33,444 bases of DNA, from NCBI RefSeq assembly GCF_018977255.1, contig NW_024705581.1, positions 1 through 33,444 on the forward strand. The letters run 5' to 3'. This DNA is from Callorhinchus milii (Eukaryota). Position 1 is the stretch's first letter; every line of letters begins with the position of its first letter. This document shows, piece by piece, positions 1 to 12,500 of the stretch. The translations under genes and the position numbers were made by a program. The notes beneath the pieces were generated by a model. That model was not told the origin of the DNA and searched no databases. It saw only the letters and a list, made by a program, of their open reading frames with translations.

Positions 1-100
1 TGCTCTCCTCGTCCACAGCGGCGCACACAGACCAGACCAGACTGAACATAAAGTACATCTCTATCATGTGGCCATAGTTATCTGGGTCTGAGGGATTCAC
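1..100 (-). CDS. DNAH2: DNAH2 coding exon 45 (partial)
   Basis: ctgcag|[33 protein letters not shown], running off the window. Confidence 0.9.
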   Translation of the reverse strand, partial: MNPSDPDNYGHMIEMYFMFSLVWSVCAAVDEES

Positions 101-1895
101 CTGCAGAGACAGAGGGTCAGGGACGACTCAAAGCGCTTCACCGTAAAGTGTAGTGACTGTGTGTGTTTGTGGGCGAAACGCGGCAGCCAATTGCGCCCGG
201 CGACGTCCCCACAAACAGCCGTGGGTTGAAGTGACCAATTTAGTATTACTATTAGTTAATAATTACGATTAATTTTTTTTATTTTTTGAAGGGGCTACAG
301 GGTCTCCATAACCTGTGTAATAAACCCTACCCTCCACCCGCCCCCCCTCTCTCCCCCCCACCCCACTGAAGCCTGATATGCCCTGCAGCCAGTTAGCCTG
401 GTGTGAGATGGCTGGTGAGGTGAGATGGTGGGTCCTGGTGTGAGATGGCTGGTGAGGTGAGATGGTTGGGCCTGGTGTTTGATGGCTGGAGTGAGATGGT
501 GGGGGCCTGGTGTGAGATGGCTGGTGAGGTGAGATGGTTGGGGCCTGGTGTTGATGGCTGGTGAGGTGAGATGGTGGGGGCCTGGTGTGAGATGGCTGGT
601 GAGGTGAGATGGTGGGGGCCTGGTGTTTGATGGCTGGTGAGGTGAGATGGTGGGGGCCTGGTGTGAGATGGCTGGTGAGGTGAGATGGTGGGGGCCTGGT
701 GTGAGATGGCTGGTGAGGTGAGATGGTTGGGGCCTGGTGTTTGATGGCTGGTGAGGTGAGATGGTGGGGGCCTGGTGTGAGATGGCTGGTGAGGTGAGAT
801 GGTGGGGGCCTGGTGTTTGATGGCTGGTGAGGTGAGATGGTGGGGGCCTGGTGTGAGATTGCTGGTGAGGTGAGATGGTGGGGGCCTGGTGTGAGATGGC
901 TGGTGAGGTGAGATGGTGGGGGCCTGGTGTTTGATAGCTGGTGAGGTGAGATGGTGGGGGCCTGGTGTTTGATGGCTGGTGAGGTGAGGTGGTGAGTCCT
1001 GGTGGAGATGGCTGGTGCGGTGAGGCAAGGCGATTGCCCTGGACACTTGCCCCGTTCTCTGGTGTAGCCAGGGCTTCGTACAGTTTGCAGAGAGACTCCA
1101 GGCCGCTGTGCTCGGCAATGGGGATCAGCTCTTTACAGTTCTCGTTCTTGAACTGCAGAGTTTTGGTGATGCTCTTATCGATCATCTGCTGGAAATGCTC
1201 CACTTCGTCCTGTAACAACAACAACAACTCGCATTCACACGGCGCCCTTCACGTGGTGGTAGCGTCCCAGAGCGCTTGACAGTGACGGGGTCTGACCCCG
1301 AACCGGGGGGGGGGGGGGGCGGGGGAGGGAGGGAGGAAGGGGAGGAAGAGAGGGAGTGGGGAGGTGACCGTAAGCGCCATCAAAAAGGAAGGTCTTTAGA
1401 TGGGATTGGTCCACAAAATACACAGTCACTACACTTGACAGTGTATCCTGTGAAGCGCTTTGAGACGTCTCAAAGACGTGATAAGGCGCTGTATCAAATG
1501 CAAGGATTATTATGATTATTTGAAGGTTGGGAGGGATGGAGGGACCGAGGGAGGGAGGGAGGGAGGGAGGACCGAGGGAGAGAGTGTCAGAGTTTCAGGG
1601 CGTAGTGGCTGAAGGCGCGGCTGCTGATGGTGGAGCAGAGGGCATGAGGGACGGGTGGTGGAGTCTGGGCCGGGGTGGAGGGGTGTAAGCAAATCGGATA
1701 GGTAGGGAGACGCGAGGGCATGGAGGGATTTGACTGTATATTTGCGAGTGAAACGCGCCCGGCGACGTCCCCACAAACAGTCGTGGACTGAAGTGACCAA
1801 ATTATTATTATTATTTTTTTTGGAGGGATTATTAGCCCCGGAAAAGCGATCCGCCGATCGACTAACAAGTGTGTTCCTACTGACTGCTGTAAACA

Positions 1896-1927
<32 letters not shown>

Positions 1928-4900
1928 GAGTAAGGAAACTTGCCCAACATTTCGCCCTGACCTGACCCGCCCGGGAATCGAACCCAGGTCCCCTGAATTT
2001 AGCCCCGACCCACACGCCCCCACTTCAATCGCAGGCCGTGCGCTCTGGTCGTGCCGTTCAGTTCAGGATAAGCCTGTGCACATCACCTTCGGCCTCTTCT
2101 TCAGCCATGAATTAACGTACGGGCTCCACCTCAGATCAGAGTAGTCATTGTAAACCATTCCACAGCGAGACACGGTGGCAGGAGAGGCCACAGCGAGATT
2201 CTCCACCTCAAACAGCAGAGACACCTGGGCGGCGAGAGGGTAAACACGGGGTTAATCATAATAACAACCCTCGCACTCGAGACAGCGCCTTCGAGACGTC
2301 TCAAAGCGCTTCACAGGATGGACTGTAAAGCGTAGTGACTGCGTGTCTTGTGGGTGAAGCCAACTGCGCACAGCAGCGGCCCCACGAACAGTGGTGGATT
2401 CAGTGACCAAATTATTATTTTTGTTTATTTTGAAGGGATTATTGCCCCCGGAAAAGTGAGACAACCAGGTTCCCGTTGACTGCTGGTAAACAGAGGTGTG
2501 TGTGTGTGCGTGTTTGCGTGTGTGGAGTAAGGAAACTTGCCCAACTTTTCGCCCTGACGTGACCTGACCTGCCCGGGAATCAAACCCGGGTCCTTTCCCT
2601 TGCGAGGCAAGGGCTCTAACCCCTGAGCTACGTTCCTGCGGCCCTTCACTTTGGGACGGGGCTACCCCGGGCGCTACAGTTGTTGTTGTTGGTGGTGTTG
2701 GTGTTGGAAGCCCAGCTGAGGTGGCGCCTACCTGATCGGGCATTGAGATGCGCTCTCCGTTAATCAGCGTCAGCACCTTGTTGTCGTCCATGACGGAGTT
2801 CATACTCTCGATCCACAGCGTGTCTACAGGCCCGTCAAACAAAATCCACTTCTCGTCCGGCTTGTCGTCTGCGAGGACAACACAACACGGCAATCATCAT
2901 CATCATCGTCATCAACTGAACAGTCAGGGAACCCTGATGCCATCTTAACAATTGTGTCGACTCTGTGACGGACGCTACGTTTCGAGAACATCTGTTGTTC
3001 GGGGTTGAAAGTGTAAATCCTTATGGACAGTCAGGGATTTGGCCCCGAGCTGGTGTGGGGGAGGGGGGGGGGGTCGAGATCGGGGAGGGTGGCGGGCAGA
3101 GACGAAGAGGTGGTTTTTGAGACTCACCTTGAAGGAAGCACAGGAGGGGAGCGAGGCGAAGGGCCTGTGGGATGGAGTTCCAGAGGGTGGGGGCAGAGAG
3201 ACTGAAGGTCCGATGGGCGATGGTGGGGTGGGCCGGGGAGGGAACGTGAAGCAGGCCGGAGCCCGCTGAGCGGAGGGAGGGGACCGGTTGGTTGGGGGTT
3301 AGCAGGTCACAGAGGTAGGGGAGTGGGGAGCGAGGCCGTGGAGGGCTTCGAAGGTGAGGACCAGGATTTTGAACTGTATCCTTCGGAGGATGGGGAGCCA
3401 GTGGAGCTGGGCGAGGGCGAGGGCGAGGGTGGGGGGGGGTGATGGGGTCACGGAGCCTGCTGCCGAGTTCTGGACGATCTGCAGCTGGTGGAGGAGGGAA
3501 GAGTTGGGAAGGCCGACAAGCGGGGAGTTGGCGTCAGGTGTAGGGTGTGAGGTGTGGACGGACCTGCACAGGCGTTCCTCATCAGGGTGGAGAGGACACC
3601 GTCTGACCACTCGTTTGTAGCCAAGTCATACTCCCCGTACAGCTCCCCCAGATCCATGGCCTTGGGATTGAGCGGGTATTCCTATACAGCAACAACAAAC
3701 AACACATTACATTCACACAGCGCCTGCCTTTCACGTCGGAAGGACGTCCCAAGGAGCTGGATTTGGACCCGATCTGGTGGTTGGGATCAGGAGGAGCGGA
3801 GGGTGGGAGTAGGAGGGTGACCAAGGGCGCAGTCCAAGAGAAAGGTCTCGAGACAGGTCTTGAAGGAGGCGAGGGAGGGGGCGAGTGAGGTGGAGGGACT
3901 GTGAGATGGAGTTCCAGAGGGTGGTTCCAAGGTTCCCCTCGCTCCTTCCGCCTCTCTCCTCTCTATCTCCTTCCCTCTCACCTCCTGCCCTCTCTTCTTT
4001 ATCTCCTGTCCTCTTTTCTCTCTCCTTTCCTCTTTCTGTCCTCTGCTGCACTCTCTCCTTCTGTCCTCTCTTCTCTCTATCTCCTCTGTCTCTCTACTAT
4101 CTCCTCTCTATCTCCTGTCCGCTCATCTCTCTATCTTCTCTCTATCTCCCCTCTCTCTACTATCTCCTCCCCTCTCTTCTCTATCTACTATCTCCTCTCT
4201 ATCTCCTGTCCTCTCTTCCCTCTATCTTCTCTCTCTCCTACTACCTCCTCTCTATCTCCAGCCTTCTCTTCTCTCTTGCCCTCTCTACTATTCTCTCTCT
4301 CTCTCTCTCTCTCCCTCTCCCTCGTTCTCCTCACCGTGCCCTCTCACCTTCACGTAGTTGTAGTCGGGCTCCCCGTTCTTGCACATGATGGCCATGGCTC
4401 CCTGGAGCGTACGCCAGGTCACGGTCTTCCCGGTTCCCGTCTTGCCCACGATCATGACGGAATGCCGGGAGTTCTTGGTCTCGTACAGCTGGATGACTTT
4501 GTTCAAAGCAAAGGGGATCACCATCAGACCCTGGGCGCTCAACTCCTCTTCAATAGCTTCCCTCAGCTCGAGAGAGAGAGAGAAGACACGTCACCACACG
4601 TCATTCCATGTCATACAACAACAACAACAACTTGCATTTAGTCGTGGAGTCCTCTGAGGCTCTCGCAAGCGAGAGGACCCGGGTTCGATTCCCGGGCGGG
4701 TCAGGTCAGGTTGTGTGTCTGTGTGTCGGAGTGCTAAACAGTAGCGGAGTCCGAGCCAGGGAGAGAGAGAGGGAGAGAGAGAGAGGGAGAGAGAAGACAG
4801 GTACGGTCAGAGAGGAAGGTCTTCAGGTGCGTTCTGAAGACGGGGCAGAGAGAGAGGGGGTGAGGTAGAGGGACTAAGGCAGGGTGTTCAAAGGGAGTGG

Positions 4901-6369
4901 TGGCTAATAGTGGTCGAAGGAAGTAGACGCAGGGCCCCAGTCCTCTCGCCTGGCGTCTCTACCTTGCCGTAGTCGATGATAGGAGTTTCCACGCCCGGGA
5001 AGAGGTCATGGATGATGGCGGTGAAGAGGGGCAGGTCCACACTGATCAGCTTGGCCAGGTTCATATCCTTCATAGACAACAGGAGGATCTGGAGGGCAAT
5101 GAAGAGAGTCACATCTCACACAGCAACGCCGCACAGACAACCCAACTGTCTGTCCTCACCCTAGTGATCTCCCGACCTCAACCTCCTCAACTTCCTCTCC
5201 TCAACTCCTCAACGTCCTGTCCTCATCTCAACTTCCTGTCCTCATCTCCTCAACTTTCTGTCCTCATCTCCGCAACTTCCTGTCATCTCAACTTCCTCTC
5301 AACTCCTCAACGTCCTGTCCTCATCTCAACTTCCTGTCATCATCTCCTCGACTTACCGTCCTCATCTCCTCGACTTCCTATCCTCATCTCCTTGACTTCC
5401 TGTCATCTCCTCAACTTCCTGTCCTGATCTCCTCAACTTTCTGCCCTAATCTCGATTTCCTGTCCTTATCTCAACTCCCTGTCCTCATCTCCTCGACTTC
5501 CTGTCATCTCCTTGACTTCCCAGCCTCAATGACCTACCATCCTCTCTGCTCTCTATCTATCTCGTTCTCTCTCTCCTCCTTTCCTCTCTCCTCTCTCTCT
5601 CTCCTCTGGCTCGAGCTTACCTCCTCGTCCGCGAGCTCAGGCTTGTCCCGACGTTTCTTGCCGGCGTAGCGGAGCAGGGAGGTCAGAGCCCGCAGCCCGA
5701 AGTCATAGTGGTCCTGTTTAGACAGCTGCTGTATGGCCAGAGAGTAGAGGGTGTAGACCTTCTTTGCCAGCGTCTGGGCCAGGCACAGAGACCGCCCGGG
5801 GTTAGAGAGAAATAACACAGACAAAAGAAAGGGTTTAGCTGGTTCGACTCCAGGAGTTACCCCCAATGCACACTCTGGGTTCCCCCCCTCTCCCAAGCCT
5901 TGGCTCTCGCCAGCCAACCTGTGCCTAATACTCTCCGGTAAGCAGGGGGGGCGTCCCTCCAGGGAGAGAGAGAAAGAGAGAGAGCGTTCCATTCCATCAA
6001 TCTATCTCTGGGGATTTCCAGGTGTGGGTGGGATTTGGTGGATTCCCAGTTGGGTTTGGAGACCCTTAAGCAACGGTGACGGGTTTCCGTGTGTGTCAGG
6101 CACCGACCCGGCCGGGCAAAAGCCTTTCTGCACCTCACTCTCTGGAACTCCATTCCACAATCCCATCGTTTCGCCCCCTCCTTCAAGGCCCGTCTCAAAA
6201 GCCATCCTCTTCGACCAAGTCTTTGGCCAACCCTCCTAGCCCCACCCTCCTACCCCCACCCTCTCTGCCCTCCACCCCTCCCACCTCCACCCTCCCCTGC
6301 TCTCCACCCCTCCTGATGCCAGCTCCCTCCAGCTCGGGTCCAAATCCCTGACTGTCCAGCACTCTGAGG

Positions 6370-6400
<31 letters not shown>

Positions 6401-9306
6401 CGAGAGCAGAGCAGCACAGACACACCTTACAGTTGTTGAAACCCTCTCCAAACAGAATGATCTCCGCGATTATGGACGAGTCGGGAACCACCATGGAGAT
6501 GGGCCTGAACATTGACTTGAGGTTGTCCGGTAGCTCAGTCCTCCCAGCGTACCCTGAGGGGGAAGGCGATTCACGATAATACTTGTGTTTGATACAGCGC
6601 CTTATCACGTCTTCGAGACGTCTCAAAGCTCTTCACGGCATATACTGTAAAGTGTAGTGACTGTATATTCTGTGGGTGAAACGCGGCAGCCAATTGCGCC
6701 CAGCGACGTCCGCCACAAACAATGGTGGATTGAGAGACCGAATGTTTTTCTGTACCTGGGTTCATGGTGATAAAGATGCCACACGACCACACCAGCTTGA
6801 TGTCATGCCCCTCGAAGACGAAGTGGGTGAGGTTGGCAGAGAGCGCGGACAGAATGGAGAGAATCTGCTGGGCCACCACTGACAGCACCTCAATGTTAAT
6901 GCGGTTAAATTCGTCAAAACAGCCCCAGGCTCCCGTCTACACAGGGAGAGAGAGAGAGAAAGTGTGTGTGAGAGAGAAAGTGTGTGAGAGAGAGAGAGAG
7001 AGAGTATGTGTGTGAGAGGAGAGAGTGTGTGAGAAAGTGTGTATGACACAGAGAGTGTGTGAAAGAGAGAAAGTGGGTGAGAGTGTGTGTGTGTGTGAGA
7101 GGGAGAGGGTGTGAGAAAGTGTGTGTGACACAGAGAGCGTGTGAGAGAGATAGTGAGAGTGTGTGTGTGTGAGAGGGAGTGTGTGACAGTGAGAAAGTGC
7201 GACAGAGAACAAGAGTGAGTGTGTGAGAGAGAGTGCGTGAGAGAGTGTGTGAGACTGAGAGTGTGAGAGAGAGAGACAGCGAGAGAGTGCGCACGAGAGA
7301 GAGAGACAGAGAGTGAGAGAGACAGCGAGAGAGTGCGCACGATAGAGAGAGAGAGACAGAGAGTGAGAGAGAGAGGGAGAGAGAGAGAGAGAAAATGAAA
7401 AGCAGAAAAGGAGTGAAAGAGTCAAGAGCGAGAGATCAAAAAGACATAAAAAAGAGAAAGAAAAAGAGAGAGAGAGACGTGCAAATGAGGTTGTTTAACA
7501 ACTACATTTTGGAATAACAATTTCAAACCCAAGACCCGGTCGGAGGCGCCATAACCGTAGCAATAGTTTGAAGCGCTCCGAGGCGCTACCCTGCATGGAC
7601 AGAGCGATGTAAAGCGCACGGTGTTGTTGCTGCTGCTGTTGTTGTGGTGGTGGTTTACCTGCGCCAGGCCTGAGTACATGCGTCCCATGGATTTGTAGTC
7701 CAGCCCCTCGGAGCAGTTGACCACGATCACGTACATCCCCAGGGCCTTCCCGAGGTCCTTGACGGTCTCGGTTTTCCCAGTGCCGGCCGGTCCCTTGGGG
7801 GACCCTCCGCGGTGCAGGTGCAGGGCTGTGGTCAGCGTCATGTAACACCTGAGCGGGGGGGAGAGAGGGGCGCAGGCTGAGCACGTCTGCGTTCAAGCCC
7901 ACCGGAGAGTGGGTCCGTTCCGTGGCCAAGTAATAATAGTAATAATAATAATAATTAATATTAATTAATAATCCCTCTCCACCCCCAAAAAATAATAATA
8001 ATTTGGTCACTCAATCCAGGGCCGTTTGTGGGGACGTCGCTGGGCGCATTTGGCTGTCGGGTTTTAAGCAGTTTGGCTGCCTGCGAGACACACAGTCACT
8101 ACGCTTTACTGTGTGTCCTGTGAAGCGCTTTGAGACGTCTCGACGATGTGATGGGGGCGCTGTATCAAATGCAAGGATTAGTGTGTGTGTGTGTGTGGGG
8201 GGGGGGAGTAAGGAAACTTGCCTAAGTTTTCGCCCCGACCTGACCCGCCCGGGAATCGAACCCAGGTCCTCTTGCTTGCGAGGCGAGGTCTCTAACCACT
8301 CGGACGCGGTGTATTTTACCCGGTGTCTGGGCTGGGGGGGGGGCGGGGGGGTGCGGGGGTTTACCTGTCGGTGAGCTGAGTGACGACGAGCCGGCCCGAG
8401 TTGCCCAAGTACTCGTAGCCGTACTGAAAGCGGGTGTTGGTTTGTCGAATGAGACAGTCGTCGATATCCTGCGGAGAAGAGGAGGTGGATTTTCGCGTGA
8501 CCTGGGACCTGGTCAGAGACTCCGGATTCTCTCCCCAGCTCCCCCTCCTATCCTCTCCTCCAAACAGCCAACAACAACAACTTGCATTTACACAAGGCAC
8601 CCCCCCCCCCACCCCCCTCACCACGCAGGGTGCTTGGCAATGGCGGAGCACGACACCGAGTCTGGGGTGGTGGGTGGGGGGGGTTAGAGGGAGAGGGGGG
8701 GGTGGTGACCGTATGCACGGTGAAGACGGAGAAGGAGGGAGTGGGGTGGGGTGGGGGGTGGAGGGGTGTGGCGGAAGGAATTGAGGGAGAGAGCGGCAGA
8801 GTTTGGGGGCGCAGTGGCTGAAAGCGCGGCCACCGATGGTGAAGCGGAGGGGACGGAGGGGGGGGCAAGCCGGCCGAGCGGAGGGCGGGGAATCGAGGGA
8901 ATGGAGAGAGCGCAGCTCGGAGGTCACCTTGTCCCAGTACAGTCGGAGCTGGCTCAGCCAGTCGAAGGCCACGGGGTCCATGCAGCTGATCCGGAAGAGC
9001 TTGTCGATCACGTCGCGGGCGTGGACCTCCACCGTCACCACGGCGACCACCTTCAGCCGCACGATCTTGGTCAGGTTCCCCCGGATGGAATCCGAGTACT
9101 TTCGTAGGATACTGATCTGCGAGGGTCACACACAGAGAGAGAGAGAGACACACAGCTCGGTGGGGTGGTGGGGGGGCAACGGATCTTTGGCGTGGAGTCC
9201 TTTTTTTTGCGGGCGAAACGCGGCAGCTAATTGCGCACGGCAGTATCCCCACAAACCGTCGTGGATTGAGCGACCATTTTTTTTTCTGGGAAGGAATTAT
9301 TATCCC

Positions 9307-9337
<31 letters not shown>

Positions 9338-9475
9338 GCCAAGGCTATGTGTGGGTTTAGACCTTAGCACTTACCCCCAACGCACACTCTGGGCTCCCCC
9401 CCCACCCAAAGCCTTGGCTCTCGCCAACCTGCGCCTAATACTCTCCGGAATTAGGTAAGCAGGGGGCATCCCTCC

Positions 9476-9509
<34 letters not shown>

Positions 9510-12500
9510 TTCCAATCCGACAATCTCTCTCTGGGGGTTTCCGTGTGTCGGGGGGAGGCCAGGAATTCTCGGTCGGGTTTGGAGACTCTTGAGCAACGGT
9601 GACGAGTTTCCGCGTGTGTCAGACAAAGAATTAACACAACACACTGTCCTCGTCCATCACTCACCTGCTTCTTCTTGATGTTCCTCAAGGGCTTCCGGTC
9701 CCCTAAATCCTTGGCCGTCATCAAGGCCTTTGTGACGTCGGTCGTCCATTGGATCTGACTGGATGTGATCACCAACTGCAACCACAAAGGAGGAAACAAC
9801 AACAACTTGCACTTACGCATCCCCCACCACCCTCACGCAGATAGCGACCCTGAGCCGGTGTGGGGGGAAGGCAGGAGGGAGTTGACCGAAAGCACGGTCG
9901 AAGAGGAAGGTCTTCAGTCATGATCTGAAAGCGATCCGCCAATCAACTACCAAGCGGGTTCCTCCTTACTGCTAGGTGAACAGAGGCGTGTGACTGTGTG
10001 TGTGGGTGTGTGTGTGAGTGTGTCTGTGTGTGTCTGCGTGTGTGTGTGTGTGTGGAGTAAGGAAACTTGCGAGGCGAGGGCTCTCACCAGACTTTTTAAC
10101 ACGGGAGGTTGGCTGCAAGCCCACTGACCTGTCCAGGCCATTCCTTGACCCATTTGTCCCGCCTGTTGTTCATTTTCTTCAGAGCCACTCGGCAATCCTT
10201 CAGGATCTCCTTCAGGGTGTATCGCATGGCTCGCTCCACGTCACACAGCCAGGCCTGACACACAACAGGTAGGAGAGACGTCATAACAATCGTAATAAAA
10301 CCGTGACGATCCCTGCGTTCCACGCAGCGCCTTATCACGTCTTCGAGATATCTCAAAGCGCTTCGCAGGGCACACTGCAGAGTGCGGTGCTTTTGTGGGC
10401 GAAATGTTTTATAGCCAGGGACGGTGAGAGCCTGGAGGGACATAGGGATGAAGATAATTCCCGCAGGTGACTGTGTGACGGGACAAAGCCACCTCCTGTG
10501 TACTGTGCAGTACCTCCACAGGACCCTCCAGCAAAACTGCGTGTTTGAAGTCGATGTACTCCCCGTCGGCAGAGAACATCCCAGCAGCTTCCGTCTTGGC
10601 CGTGGTCCCAACCTGAAGAGAAACCGGACTGTCCGTCAGAAATGGTTCCTGGTATCCCAGCGGGTGAGCGGATTTCAACAGGGTGGTCCTTACTTCTCCT
10701 CCTCCCCCCCCCACCTACTAACCACTGCCTCCACTCGGCTGGCTCCGGCCTACTGCTTGCCCCTCTCCCCCTCCGCTCAGTGGCCGTACCTTCAGCACCT
10801 GCGCCCCAAAACTCTGTCACTCTCTCCCTCAATCCCTCCGCCTCGCCCCCTCCCTCCTTCCCCATCTTCAGATCCCGTCTAAAGACCTTCCTCTTCGACC
10901 GTGGCCTATGGGCACCTCCCTGGCCTTGTGCAGGAAGCCCCCTCCCTCTCCCTCTCTCTCCCCCTCCATCCCTACCTTGTACATCTTGAGGGTCTTGATG
11001 TTGTCGAAGCACTTTTTGAGGTGGGGCTGGACGGCCTCCGGGTTGCGGGACTGGCCCAGGATCTCCAGGAGGTCATCGTTGGACAGGAAGTAGAAGCGAG
11101 GGAAAGCGTGGCGCTTGGTCTCCAGGTACATGTCCAGTGATTTCTGGATCTCCTCAAGTTTCCCGTTCATGTCCATTAGCTTCTCCAGAAGACCTGGGCC
11201 ACACAACAACAACAACATCATCATCATCAACAACATCAACATCATCATCAACAACATCAACAACATCATCAACAACATCATCATCAACAACAACATCATC
11301 AACAACATCATCAACAACACCACCAACATCAACAACATCATCATCAACAACAACACCACCATCAACAACATCATCATCATCATCATCATCAACAACAACA
11401 TCATCATCATCAACATCATCAACAACAACATCATCATCATCAACATCATCAACAACAACAACATCATCATCAACATCATCAACACCATCAACACCATCAA
11501 CAACAACATCATCATCAACAACAACATCATCATCAACATCAACACAACATCATCATCAACATCATCAACAACAACATCAACATCAACATCAACATCATCA
11601 ACATCATCAACATCAACAACATCATCAATATCAACAACAACATCATCAACATCAACATCATCAACATCCACAACAGCATCACCAACATCATCCACAACAA
11701 CATCATCATCATCATCATCAACATCATCAACATCATCAACAACAACATCATCAACATCATCAACATCCACAACAGCATCACCAACATCATCCACAACAAC
11801 ATCATCATCATCATCATCATCAACATCATCAACATCATCAACAACAACATCATCAACATCATCATCAACATCAACATCATCAACAACAACATCATCATCA
11901 TCATCATCAACATCATCAACATCATCAACAACAACATCATCAACATCATCATCAACATCAACATCATCAACAACAACATCATCAACATCCTCAACATCAT
12001 CATAACAACAACAACATCATCAACAACAACAACGGAAACCTGTCACCGTTGCTTAAGAGTCTTCAAACCCAACTGCGATTTCCATGCGTCCCACCTACAT
12101 GTGGAAATCTCAGCGGTAGATGGTTGGAATGGAACGCTCTGGGTTAATAATAATAATAATATAATAATAATAATAATTATGGGTTGTGTCTGGGTTGTGG
12201 AGCCCAGACTATGCTGGAGTTTAACCAGCTATTAATAATGATAATGGTTTCGCTCACAAAATACACAGTCAATGCACGTTACAGTGTATCCTGTGAAGCG
12301 CTTTGAGACGTCTCGATGATGTTATATCAAACGCAAGGATTATTATTAGTATTAAAACCACACAGCATGCCATTGAGAGCGAGCGCTGTCTGGCCAAGCT
12401 TTCCCTCTGCTTGTCCAGCTCGGACCCCGCTTCCCGTTAGTCAGTTGGGGCTTTGGCTGCGGGGTTACCAGGAGCTGAGGGGGAGGATTCCCTGCCCCCA

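Noticed and set aside
396..1025. CRISPR-like array (regular ~38-bp periodicity); also 22915-23200
   Set aside because: Units are head-to-tail with no unique spacers, there are no cas genes, and the context is a vertebrate intron.
295..1227. 310-aa and 241-aa repetitive His/Pro-rich ORFs
   Set aside because: Only 1051-1209 is exon; the rest is read-through into a minisatellite.
3299..3610. Active LINE ORF2 or domesticated RT gene
   Set aside because: Only short frameshifted C-terminal fragments are present; I saw no RT catalytic core or endonuclease domain in the window.
11115..12147. Long ORFs encoding poly-Q/H, poly-S/T, poly-N/I and poly-M/L proteins
   Set aside because: Stop-free frames are an automatic result of CAT/CAA triplets. 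The tract is intronic, with no independent gene signals.
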